Shown here: positions 12,401 through 23,832 of the stretch, piece after piece
Layout: the number at the start of each line of letters is the position of its first letter
Numbering within the stretch: position 1 is the stretch's first letter
Source: Dipteris shenzhenensis
Taxonomy: Eukaryota
Direction: 5' to 3' (one strand)
Assembly (NCBI GenBank): GCA_047967505.1
Contig: CM106538.1
Length of the DNA stretch: 64,000 bases
Made by a program: the position numbers and the translations under genes
The notes under the pieces: generated by a model
Databases searched by the model: none
What the model was told of the DNA's origin: nothing
The model's input: the letters and a program-made list of their open reading frames with translations, nothing else

Positions 12401-15400
12401 TTGGAGAGGGCAGCCTGGGATGCCTTTCTCTTTCAGTACAGTGGCAGGGACACTTGGTTTGATGATGCCCTTCATGTTATGCCACAGTCACTCCTGTACT
12501 CTTGGTCGAACAGGAGAGTACACATGCCCATCCAGTGGGACTTTGGTGAGATGCCTGACTCACTTACAGATGGTCTCATTCATCTCATCCCAAAGGGGGT
12601 AATAGGAATCTAGTGTCACAATGGAGACCCATCACTCTATTGGGTACTTTACAAGATTCTGGCAAAAGCCATCCGTATGCGGCTATAGGTTTTTCTTCTA
12701 GATTTGATTCATGACACACAGACAGGGTTTGTGCATGGCAGAAGTATTTTCGATAATATTTTCTCAATTTGGGAGGCCTCAGAATGGTGGGCCATGCAGA
12801 GCTGCTAGAGGTTGGCCATTCTACTCTTGGACTTTGAGAAAGCTTACGACAGAGTAGACTGGGATGTTTTAGAGGGTACTCTATCTCCCTTTGGTTTTTC
12901 AGATGCATGGATTAGAGGAGTATCCTCTCTCATCCCACGGAGCTTCCTACGAAGATGGCCACATATCGTGACCATTTTCTCAGGATTTCAGAGGATGGCT
13001 TCATCATATCCCCAGGATATATCGGCGTTCATATGTCGCACTCACTCAGGATTGCCTTGGGCCAGCTCAGGGTATCTTCCCACAGATTAGACGTTGAGGC
13101 CGGCAGGATGCGTCGTACAGCTACCGGACATAGACCCAGGCGAGAGACTAGGATATGCCCTTGTTGCACTATGGGGGAGGTGGAGACTGAGGAGCACTTT
13201 GTTTGCAGATGCCCTTTATATTATGAGATCCGTGGCAGATTTCACTGTTTATTTGGGCACGGATTTGGACCTCTCTCTCGGATTATGGAGTATGAGGATC
13301 AGTATTGCTTAGCGTTGTTCATCAGGGAGATCACCAGATATAGAGAGAGATTCCTCAGAGAGCACCGTCGCATCCCTGCCAGAGACCTGGTTATTCATGA
13401 GGAGCAGGACGAGGCGCAAGACCATGAGCACAGAGATAGCCCATCTTGCCAGAGAGCACCGATGGTTCCACCCCGAGGATGTACATATGACATGATCCGG
13501 CTGCACCGCAGGATGATCTTACACAGAGGCCGTACCCGTCGCTTTATTTCTAGACGACGGAGGATGATGGCAGATTTTCGGAGGAGATTGCTCCATGGAG
13601 ACTTGGCACCGCCAGCAGCCCATTTGACACTTGCCCAGATCTTCACACTCATGGCAGGAGGCATGGTCGATGGCCATGACTTCCATCATTTCTTTGGATC
13701 ACAGACCCCTTAGGGAAGACGATGTTCCTCATATTTCATATTTTACATTTTGTATCTAGGCATTTTTGGTACTCTATTTCATTTCATTTTGTATCTAGGA
13801 TTTTTGTAGCCATTTTTGGCATCTTAGCGGTATTACGATGAGGCCACCTAGTTGGCGCATCGTTGATGATGTATTTTCCTTTCGGATGATTTTGTGTCCC
13901 ATAGGCCATGTATGGCCTTCCGTGGACCTTTAATAAAATTTCTTTCTTTCTTTCTTTCTTTCTACAGATCAGCCCATAGCCAGATGCTTATTGGGGGGGT
14001 AAGAGGAGACAGATTTCAGATCAGTAGATCAGTCTGCCAGGGATGTCCTCTCGTCCCTTTTCTTTTTCTGTTTGTGGCGGAAGCTATGAGTATCTACCTT
14101 AGATCTCAAGCTGATATTTTTGGGCTGAGGCTTCCTCTTTGCAGGAAAGAAGAGCTCCTGGATAGTGAATTGGCAGATGACACGGCTGTTTCTTCCGGAT
14201 AGTCTTGGATTTATTTTGCACAGCTGCAGGTGCACACATAAATTAGCATAAATCCAATGGTTTCTGGATTTGCGATGATGACACCCCGGATTGGGGTAAT
14301 GATATTGGTTTCACTTGAGTACAGAGGGGTGTCTCCGTCAAATATTTGGGCTGCCAGGTTCAGGTGGGCATGTCTCCTTCACAAAAGTTTGCTCCAGTGT
14401 TGGAGAGCATAAGAAGAAAGCTCCTTTTCTGGAGCTCAGCCAAACTTGACTTGACTTTTAGAGTGGTGGTGGTTAACCAGGTTCTTCTAGCTACATCATG
14501 GTTTGTATGCTCTTGTCGGTGCCACTCTAGGGATTGTATCACTCAGCTCAAGAGGCCCGTACAAAACTTTTTATGGAGTGGTCTAGATGGCAGAACTATG
14601 TTACAGCCAGGGTGGCTTGGGAGACCTTGATTCTTCCTACAAGAGAAGGGGGTTTGAATATCATTGACCCGGATCTTTAGTGTAGAGCCTTAATCTGCAA
14701 GGTCGTTGTGAGAGGACTATGGCAGACCACTTGGTGCTTCTCTTTACATGCAGTGGCTCCGATGGGAGAGGGGCCCTGCATCTACTGTGGGAGCATGGAA
14801 AGCCGTTAGGAGGCTTCCTGCAAAGCAACAGGCCCAAGTGGTTCATAATCTGAGAGGGAGTGCAGGGAGAGTTCAATAGATTGATGCAACCTTGCCCATG
14901 GATTGGGTGGACACAGATTACATGCCTATTACTTGTTCCACCTAGATGGGGGCATTTTCCAGATCCGACATTCCTTTGAAGGTGATTGCTTTACGTAACA
15001 CACATGAGGATGCCTTAGTCTTTGATGTTTCTTCGGGGGGTAGGCTGTCCAAGTCCACAGATGATATATTGTTGGAGGTACCGTTTCAGCCAGTCAAGAT
15101 AGTGGGCTTCATGGAGCATGGCTCTCTCTCACAGTGGTACTTGGATCGTGACCCGCTACTCATTGCCCTGGGCTCATTGAGGCTATGGCTCTATGGAGGT
15201 GTCCCAATTAAGTTTTTGCAGTGGGACCCTGGGGAATGGGAGTGGATAGGTGGAAGGGCACCGAGAGAAGGGCATCCCTTCTTTCGTGACACGGTCAGTA
15301 ATGCCAGGAAATTCCAGCTCAGCTGTAGGGGTTGGAGGGGAATCCCACCGGAATAGAAAAATCACTCTCTTCTTTTGGCTTTCTATTCATGGTGGGATAG

Positions 15401-16131
15401 CAGTGAATCATTGGAGATCCAGGTTCGGGGCAGACCCTACTTGCCCTCGTTGCCTTTTTGCTTCGGAGATAGTACAGCACTACCTTTAGGATTGCAGATA
15501 GGCGAGAATAATATGGAAGGGGATTGCAAGACTTTTCAGCACTTTTGTTCACCTCCCCTTCTATATGACCTGGGGATCAGTGGCCTTGCTCACACTTTCA
15601 AGGACCCAGGTTTTCTTTGAGAGACATGACTCGCGTCTTGGGCTCTACACATCCGACGACACCTTGTGGAGTCGTGCTCTTTAGAGGATGTTCCGGCCAC
15701 TCTCTTCAGGGCTGCTTATTCCTCGGTTGACTCTCCATGGGAGGTTTTAGCTAGCATTGCAGCATGGCACATTTGGAGAGCCAAATGCACTGAGGCTATG
15801 GAGGGTTCTCAGGTTCACCCTTCTCAGATCTTGGCCAGTACTTGGACAGATACGGTACACACATGGCCATATGGGCGACAATGCAGGGATCCTCTCGAGC
15901 AGCCTCCTCCAGGAGAGTTACTTTTCTCAGGGATTAAAGAGATTCTCCCTTCCTTGCTGAGACTTCTACAGGGTTGAGTTGGCATTTTCAGCCTCAGCCT
16001 TGGTTTCTTTCTACCTCATTCTTCTGAGGTGTTTTTTATTACACGCTTAGCATGTTGTATTTTCGCACAGAGCTTGTTGTAGCGAGTTTCTTTCTTACTT
16101 AATAGAAGTCTCTTTTTTGCAAAAAAGAAAA
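9441..16131 (+). mobile_element. Near full-length family A LINE with internal deletions
   Basis: TSD AAAG(A/G)TGCTGAAAA at 9427-9440 and 16132-16145; C-rich 5'UTR; ORF1 ~10428-11909; ORF2 EN, RT (LLDFEKAYDRV, QGCPL, (L)ADD) and zinc finger; poly-A at ~16121. Confidence 0.9.
12932..13962 (+). mobile_element. 5'-truncated RTEX/RTE-like non-LTR element with (TTTC)n tail
   Basis: ORF 12955-13713 with LRVSSHRLDVEAGR...RICPCC...ETEEHFVCRCPLY zinc finger; AATAAA then (TTTC)n; splits host LINE codons GVSSL|YRSAHS. Confidence 0.75.
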
Positions 16132-16869
16132 AAAGGTGCTGAAAATCCTAGCAACACCTTTCCAGATCGTCCTCGCCTATCTGCACTTCCAAAGGCAATG
16201 CTATACTGACTCAATTGCCATGTGACAATGAGGACAAGTAGGGTCAATCCCGAACATGGATCTCCACAGGTTCACTGCAATCCCTCCATGAATAGAAAGC
16301 CAAAAGAAAAGAGTGATCTTTCTATTGCTGAGGGATTTCCAGAGCCTACACCAAAAGTTATTCCGCACAGCTGCGGCGGAAATCTGAAAACTATCCCAAT
16401 GTGGCGCTTTGGAGGGCCTCCAACCTCTACTGCTGAGCTAAAATCATTGGGCATTTCTAACTGTATAGTGAAAGAAGGGAAATCTCTTCTCTTGGTGCCC
16501 CTCATCAATCCTCCCCTGGGTCCCAATATAAGAAGCTAATAGGGGAACCACCATACAGCCAGAGTCTCCAAGACCCCAGCACAAGGAGAATAGGATCAGG
16601 GTCAAGATATCACTGTGAATCCCTGCCCCACTCTATGAATCCTGTAATCCTGACAGGCTGAAATGCAACCTCCAAAAGAATATCATCAGAAGATCTGGTA
16701 AGTCTGCCTCCCTCGACTTAACATCAATGACAAGGGTATCCTCATGTGCATCCTGCAATGCAATGACCTGTAACGGAATGCCCGTCCCTAAGAACGCTCC
16801 CCACCAAGTGGACTCTATAAGCGGCATGTCATCTGTGTCAATTCACTCTGGCGGATGTTGGAGCATCAA

Positions 16870-17586
16870 TGGAAACATGGTGTGGACACAAGATGAAGAA
16901 AAAGCATGTTTATTCATATGAGATATGGCCAACATATAGGCACTGGTTACACTCCATGTATGACATCATATGTGAGCTCAGTGGAGCATCTAGATCCACA
17001 AATTTCTCCCAGTATCTCTCAATCAGGTCCATGATTCTCTCAATCACACCTACTAGAATCTTCTACCACCTAACTTGATCACACTAACCACCATGTGGTG
17101 ACACACAAACTCACACAAACTTTGTACCCCTTGGTACACCCCATTACATCAATTTGTCCTTTATACCCTCCCACAAATTGATGACCTCACCCGAGCAGTA
17201 GTACATGGGAAGCTTCATGGTTTGTTCACACCTAGTAACAACACTCATGACCCCAACCTGTGACTCACTCTGGTTATGGCTCTTGGTTCACAACTGAAAG
17301 AATGGACAATGACTATGCATGGGAAAGTCCCATAGGTCTGACAAGGAAATAACTCACATAAGACTAACAATCATTTAAGGGGGACATCCCAGCGCAGAGA
17401 ACCCTTATCGACCACACAAAAAACTCTAATATTTTGGAGATGTTGGGAAGATTCCCCCCTTGATAGCAATCCTTTTCCGACGTCGTTTCCATGCTATCAT
17501 TGTGTCTCGCCCACAAATGTAGAATGATATATTCAATGGGGTGCATATTCTTGACCACCATGTTGATGTAGATGAAAGAGTCCAAG
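16870..17586 (-). mobile_element. 3' LTR (16870-~17163), PPT and 3' internal remnant of a relative of the 3388-5992 element
   Basis: Shared CCCTCCCACAAATTGAT, GTAGTACATGGGA, TGTGACTCACTCT and AGACTAACAATCATTTAAGG blocks. Confidence 0.75.
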
Positions 17587-19317
17587 TTTTTTTTTTTTCA
17601 AAGAAGGAACCTTCTATCAATGCTTGAAAGATTTCATACAAGACAACAGCCCCGAAGGTATTGAGTATGAAAAAACCGGAAAAGGTTGAAAGAAAAACCA
17701 GCCTGTTCTAGAGAAGCCCAGCTCACTGCCTAGGGGGCCTCAGGAACTGGGGCTAATAGCCGAGTGGGGGGACTATATAGCCAGCGAATCCCTCGCAGAG
17801 TGAAGATGTAGAGAAAACACCTGCAGGCCAAGCGTTGCAGAAACGAGCACGCCTCTCAATAGTCGCCCTGGAGCCTGAGTCCCAGGCTCCCAGGGACCGT
17901 AGAGTGTAAATGATATCCTGCCAGATGGCAACCAAGGTAGCCGAGGGTGGAACCGGTTGCTCTCCCATCACAAGACTGCAACGAGCCACCCAAATGTTCC
18001 AAGCTGTGATGCTAGCTACCACCTCCCAAACACTGTCTTCCCTAGGGGAAGGAGCTAGGGCGTCAGGGGGGGCTGCCTCGTGGAGTGCAATCCTCTGAAT
18101 GCTCTGACCCTGTATCCGGTAGGCTGGGAAAATCTCATCAATTTGGAACGCGTGTCCTCCCTCTGTCAACCAAGCCACCATCCCCCAGGTGTAGTCTATG
18201 TGAAGACTCTGCATGCGTGTCATGATCTTGAGGACTCTCATCCAGATCCTCGTTGCGCTACGACAGCTCCATAGGCAGTGTGGGATAGTCTCCAGGACAC
18301 CATATGAGCAGCAATGGCACTGCCCCTCCACTCGCATCTGCTCCAACCACGGGCCAATGGGCAAGCCTACGTGGGCTGCCAGCCAGAAGAAGTAAGAAAT
18401 CTTCCTCGGCCACAAGCTGGACCATAACCGTGTTCAAAACCTGGAGTGAACATCTCGGAGCACTCTCTGGGTCTCCCAGTCTCTCTCCCTTGAGGGAGTC
18501 CATCTCGTTTGCCACTAAGGCGCGACCTGCGAGGGAGAGTTTGGCTGAGCTCCAGTAGAGAAGCTTGCGCCGAACACTCTCAAGGACCGGGGTAATCTGC
18601 TGCTCTGCTGTAATGTCAATACCCACCTGGCATCCGAGGTATCTCGCTATCTGGCCCTACGATATCCATCAAAAACCAAAGTCACTCCCCCACTCATGGA
18701 TCTCCTGTGTCTCCTGAAAGCCCATGAAGAAGCCTATGGATTTTGTCCAGTTGATCCGTGCCCCTGAGGCCTCACAATAGATAGCCAAGGCGCCTCTGAC
18801 TCTCTCTAGACTCGCTGTGGTGCCCTCAACATACAAGACTGTGTCATCTGCAAACTCCGAGTCAAGGAGCTCCTCCTCCTGCCTGATTGGGAACCTCAAC
18901 CCTGTGAGACCCGCCACCTGTGATCTCAAATAGTAGCCCTGAGCCTCCGCTACAGAGAGGAAGAGGAAGGGAGCTAGTGGGCAGCCCTGGCGAACCGAGC
19001 GAGAGAGAGGAAAGGCCTCGCCTGTGTGTCCTCCGATAATCATCTGACTAGAGCTCCCTGCATATAGCGCTAAAACTCCTCTAACCCATCTGTCTGAGAA
19101 ACCCAATCTCCTCATAGTGCCCTCCAGGAAAGACCACTTCACCCTGTTGTAGGCCTTCTCAAAGTCCAAGAGAAGGATGGCCAGTGGCTGTGATTCCTCC
19201 CTGGACCAATCCACTGCCTCCCAGAACATGAAGATGTTGTCCAGGATGCTGTGCTCCTGGACAAACCCAGTCTGTGTGTCATGGATGATGTCAGTAAGAT
19301 GAGGCCGTAACCGCAAC
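17587..19317 (-). mobile_element. 5'-truncated, internally deleted L1 LINE related to family B
   Basis: Poly-T 17587-17598; RT ORF 18669-19409 (LLDFEKAY, RQGCPL, FADD); C-terminal ORF PRKISYFFWL like 60647-61438. Confidence 0.85.
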
Positions 19318-19494
19318 CCATGAGAGGGGAAGGGGGGGATTTGAGATGGGCTGAAGTAAAGATCCATCTGTTGTTGTCCAACCAATCTCCCCCATGAGGA
19401 GGGATGCAAGACTGAATGCTGCGTGAGAAAAAATCCTTCCAGGGCTCCTGTCCAGGCATCAATCCACGTACTACAAAGTTGCAGAGCAAGGCCA

Positions 19495-19543
19495 AATCTT
19501 TTGATATTTCATCACGATGGGGATAGATCATTACAATTATTGA

Positions 19544-19576
<33 letters not shown>

Positions 19577-19586
19577 GTCAGCTCGT

Positions 19587-19623
<37 letters not shown>

Positions 19624-19769
19624 TGCTCCTACTGATTGAATGGTCCGGTGAAGTTTTCGAATTGCGGAGACACCGGTCGGTTGCCGCCGGTGAGGTTGTG
19701 AGAAGTTCATTAAGCCTTATCATTCAGAGGAAGGAGAAGTCGTAACAAGGTTCTTCGGAAGGATGATTG
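19495..19769 (+). pseudogene. 18S rRNA: 18S rRNA pseudogene, 3' portion, followed by a few bases of ITS1
   Basis: GAGGAATTCCTAGTAAGCGCGAGTC, TTTGTACACACCGCCCG, AAGTCGTAACAAGGTT...GGAAGGATGATTG; small deletion in the terminal helix. Confidence 0.95.
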
Positions 19770-19785
19770 ACACACATCCGTGAGA

Positions 19786-21973
19786 AAATTGGAACAAATC
19801 CAATGGCTTTCGGATCAGTGATGAGGACACTCCAGGCTGGGCGAATGACATAGGAGTCACTTTGATTCAGAGGGGTGTTTCCGTCATATATTTGAGATGC
19901 TAGGTTGGGGTGGGCATCTCTCCAGCACAGCAGTTTGCTCCCATGTTGGAGAAATTCAGGAGGAAACTCATCTTTTGGAGTTTAGCTAGACTTGACCTTG
20001 CATCCAGAGTTGTGGTTGTGAACCAAATATTATTGGCCACTGCCTAGTTTGTTTGCTCATGTTGGTGCAGGTCTAGAGGTTGTATCGCTCAGCTCATGAG
20101 ACCTATCAGGAACTTCTTATGGAGAGGTCTACATGGCACCTTAGATATTGTAGCCAGGGTGGCTTGGGAGACCCTCATTCTCCCCACAGGAGAAGGAGGT
20201 CCCAATATTATTGACCCGAACTTCTAGTGTATGGCCTTGCTCTGCAAATGCGTAGTATGTGGATTGATGCTTGGACAGGAGCCCTGGAAAGATTTTTTCT
20301 CACGCATCATTCATTTTTGTACTCCATCTCATGGGGGAGATTGGATGGACAGCATTAGATGGATCTTTACTTCAACCCATCTGAAATCTCCCCCTTCCCC
20401 TCTCATGGCTGCTATTCTGAAAGCTTGGGGCTGCTTCAGAAACACTCTTCGCAGAGTTCCACTGACCTCTCGTGAAGAAATTCACAGACAACCAGTCATG
20501 TGGAATGACTCGATTTTGGATGACCATGGCAGGCCACTTGGATTGTCACATTATATGCAGTGGTCTAGATGGGAGAGGGGACGTGCTTCTATAATAGGTG
20601 CCTAGCTGGCCTTTAGGAGACTTCCAGAGATTGGCCACCTCAGAGGGAGTGCAGTCAGGATACAACAGATAGAGGCAGCTGTTCCGCCAGAGTGGATTGA
20701 CACAGATGACATGCCGATCACAGAGTCCACTTGGTGGGAGAGTTTTCAAGGACGGGCATTCTGTTGCATATTATTGCCCTACAGGATGCACATAAGGATA
20801 CCCTAGGCTGATTTTCAGTCGGGAGGCAGACTCGGGAGGCACACTTACCAGATCCTCTGATGATATTCTTTCCAAGGTTGCCTTTTAGCCTATCAGGATT
20901 GCAGGTTTCATGGAGTGGGGCAAGGACTCACAGTGGTATCTTGACCCCGATCCTCTTCTTCTTGCGCTGGGGTCTTGGAGACTCTGGCTATATGGTGGTT
21001 CCCCTATTAGGTTCTTGCAGTGGGACCTAGGGGAGTGGGAATGGATTGATGAGAGGCACCGAGAGAAGATCTTTCCCTTCTTTCCCTATACAGTAAAAAA
21101 TGCCCAGAGATTTCAGCTCAGCAGTAGAGGTTGGAGGCCCTCTAGAGCACCACGGTGGGATAGTTTTCAGATTTCCGCAGCTGTGCGAAATAAATTTTGG
21201 CGTAGGCTCTAGAAATCCCTCAAGAATAGAAAGATCACTCTTTTCTTTTAGCTTTCTATTCATGGAGGGATTGCAGTGAACCTGTGGAGATCCAAGTTTG
21301 GGGATGACCCTACTTGTCCTCATTGCCACATTGAAGTTGAGTCAGTATAGCATTGCCTTTGGGAGTGCAGACAGGCGAGGACGATCTAGAAAGGTGTTTC
21401 TAGGATGTTCAATATCTTTCATACAACACCTTTCTATATGACCTGGTATTCAGCAGCTTGGTTATCTCTTACTAGCCCTCAGGTGTTTTTCGAGGGACAT
21501 GATCCAAATCTAGCTCTCATTGTACGGCAACACTCAGTGGGGTCTTGTTCCCTCCAAGATGTCCCCTTCACTCTTTTGGAGATTCTAGCTAGCATTGCAA
21601 CTTGGCATATTTGGAGAGCCAGGTGTACAGAGGCGACGGAGGGTATCTAGGTTCACCCTTCCCAGGCTATGGCCGGTATTTGGACCGCGACACAGTACAC
21701 ACTCTAATGGCCATATGGGCGAGCATGCAGGGATCCTCCAAAGCAGCCACTACTACTGCCAGGAGAGTTACTTTTTCAAAGTTTGGAGAGGATCTCCTTT
21801 CTTCTCTGAATCTCCCTCAGGGTTGAGGTGGCATTTAAGCCTCCGCCTTGGTTTTTTAATAGCCCCTTTTGAGCTGTTTTTTTCCTCATGCATTGCATGA
21901 TGTACTCCCGCATTTGATCTTGCTCTCGCGGTTTTTATTCATACTTAACAAAGTAATTTTCTTGAAAAAAAAA
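19786..21973 (+). mobile_element. Family A LINE, 3' half (RT C-terminus to poly-A)
   Basis: NWNKSNGF, VVVNQILLAT, LQWDLGEWEW and WHIWRARC motifs; 3'UTR and A-run at 21965-21973. Confidence 0.88.
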
Positions 21974-22088
21974 GCCTTTGATTGCTCTATGCAAAGAATG
22001 CACTTCAAGTGCATATGTCTACCTGTCGGCATAGCAAAATTCCCAAATACAATCTGAAAGTGCTTTTCCTAAAGGTGCAAATTGGGAT
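21970..22088 (+). pseudogene. Disrupted exon encoding the start of a PI3K-type C2 domain
   Basis: Reads KSL*LLYAKNALQVHMSTCRHSKIPKYNLKVLFLKVQIG+AT. The trailing AT joins the A at 27323 to give Ile (GIYHGGE). It has an in-frame TGA, no GT donor, and a LINE poly-A abutting its 5' side. Confidence 0.7.
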
Positions 22089-22195
22089 TCTCTTCTCTCG
22101 ATGCCCAAGTGGAGCAAGTGAGTGCATTTTCAGATTGTATTTGGGAATTTTGGTATGCCGACAGGCACACATCTGTACTTGAAGTGCACTCTTTG
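21992..22195. repeat. Inverted duplication (hairpin) of the PI3K exon: arms 21992-22063 and 22124-22195
   Basis: 72-bp arms, 65/72 complementary by eye, 60-nt loop. Confidence 0.9.
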
Positions 22196-23818
22196 GTTTT
22201 TTTTTTCCTTAAGAAAATTACTCATTAAGTATGATTCATAACCACGAGAGAATTCCTCCACTTGGGCAGGTACTTTTACGAGAGGCAGTGTTCCGCTTTA
22301 GGTTTTGGCCTTTTTAGATGCAGAGAAGGATGCTTTAGTTTTTACTGTGCAGGATGGTGGCAGATTGCTCAGATCCACAGAGGACATCTTGCTTGAGTCT
22401 GCTTTTCAGCCTATCACGTTTGTAGGTCTTTTAATGCAGGGATCAGATTCAGAGTCGTTCCTCGACCCAGACCCCCGGCTACTCTCCATCGGGTCTTGGA
22501 GGCTTTGGCTCTACGGGGGAGTTCCCATTAGGTATTTGCAGTGGGACCTTGGAGAGTGGGAGTGGATTGACGTAGGGCATTGAGAGAAGGGCATCCCCTT
22601 CTTTCGTTACACGGTCAGTTATGCCAGGAGATTTCAGCTCAATAATAGAGGTTGGAGACCTTCCAGAGTTCCTCATTGGGAGACATTTGATATCATTGCG
22701 GATCTGTAGAGGTGCTTCTGGAGGAGACTCTAGAAATCCCACAGGAATAGAAAGATCACTCTCTTCTTTTGGCTTTCTATCCATGGTGGGATTGCAGTGA
22801 ACCTTCGGAGATCCAGGTTCGGAGCCAACCCTACTTGCCCTCGTTGCCTCTCTGCTTCAGAGACTATTCAACATTGTTTATGGGATTGCAGACAGGCGAG
22901 GATGATTTGGATGGGGGTAGCCAGGATTTTCAGTCACTTTGCCCACTCCCCATTCTTTATGACATGGGGCTCAGTGGCTTGGCTTTCTCTTACATGGCCT
23001 CAGGTATTCTATGAGAGACATGACCCCTCTCGGGCCATTTTGGTTCGACGTCATCATATTAAGTCCAGTTCGTTGGATGTGGTACCACACCTTTCTTTTA
23101 CAGATGTACATGCCTCTGTGGATACTTCTTGGGAGATTTTAGCGAGCATAGCATCCTGGCATATCTGGAGAGCCAGATGCACAGAGGCTATGGAGCGTAC
23201 TCGAGTTCATCCCTCGCACACTTTGGCTAGTATCTGGACAGACACCGTACATACTTTGATGGCCGTATGGATGAGTATATAGGGAGACTCCCGTGCAGCC
23301 TCAGCTAGGAGAGCTTCTTTCTTCAGGGAATGGAAGGATTCTACTTTCTTCTCTGAGACTCCTACAAGGTTGAGGTGGCACTTTCAGCCTCAGCCTTGGT
23401 TGTTTTCCACCTCACTTTGAGGGGGTTTTATTTATCCTCGTGATTTCATGATGTTGTATTTCCGCTCAAAGCTTGCTCTAGCGAGTTTCTTTCTCACTTC
23501 AACAAAAAAAAAAAAAAAAAAAACGCGAGAGAAAGCTTTAATGCGGGAATACATCAAAATGCATGAGGAAAAAGAAAACAGCTCAAAAGGAGCTAATAAA
23601 AATCCAAGGCAAAGGCTGAAAATGCCACCTCAACCTTGAGGGAGACTCAGAGAAGAAAGTAGATTCTCTCCAAACTCTGAAAAAAGTAACTCTTCTGGCA
23701 GTGGCTGCTCCGGAGGATCCGTGCATGCTCGCCCAGATGGCCATTAGAGTGTGTACTGTGTCGGTCCAAATACTGGCCATAGTTTGAGAGGGGTGAACCT
23801 GGGTACCCTCCATCGCCT
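22196..23818 (-). mobile_element. Short family A LINE 3' end (22196-22252 plus 23521-23818), split by a + strand LINE
   Basis: Poly-T at 22197-22206; 3'UTR matches 8857-9180. Confidence 0.8.
22253..23520 (+). mobile_element. 5'-truncated family A LINE
   Basis: ORF 22797-23282 with CPRC...HCLWDC; long poly-A; degenerate TSD AACCACGAGAGAA (22240-22252) / AAACGCGAGAGAA (23521-23533). Confidence 0.85.
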
Positions 23819-23832
23819 TTTAGATTGTATTT

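Larger units (their letters stand above)
8841..19494 (-). mobile_element. 5'-truncated family A LINE inserted antisense in 18S (own pieces 8841-9440, 16132-16869, ~19318-19494), hosting nested insertions
   Basis: Poly-T tail 8841-8856; TSD AATCTTTTG at 8832-8840 and 19495-19503; pieces colinear with the + strand copy at 20231-21970. Confidence 0.88.

Noticed and set aside
7336-19769. Functional rDNA unit, or 18S with a group I intron
   Set aside because: Conserved blocks are deleted, the insert is LINE/LTR DNA with a TSD, and there is no 5.8S or 28S
21992-22195. MITE
   Set aside because: No TSD seen, and the arms translate into the PI3K C2 start continuous with the 27323 exon
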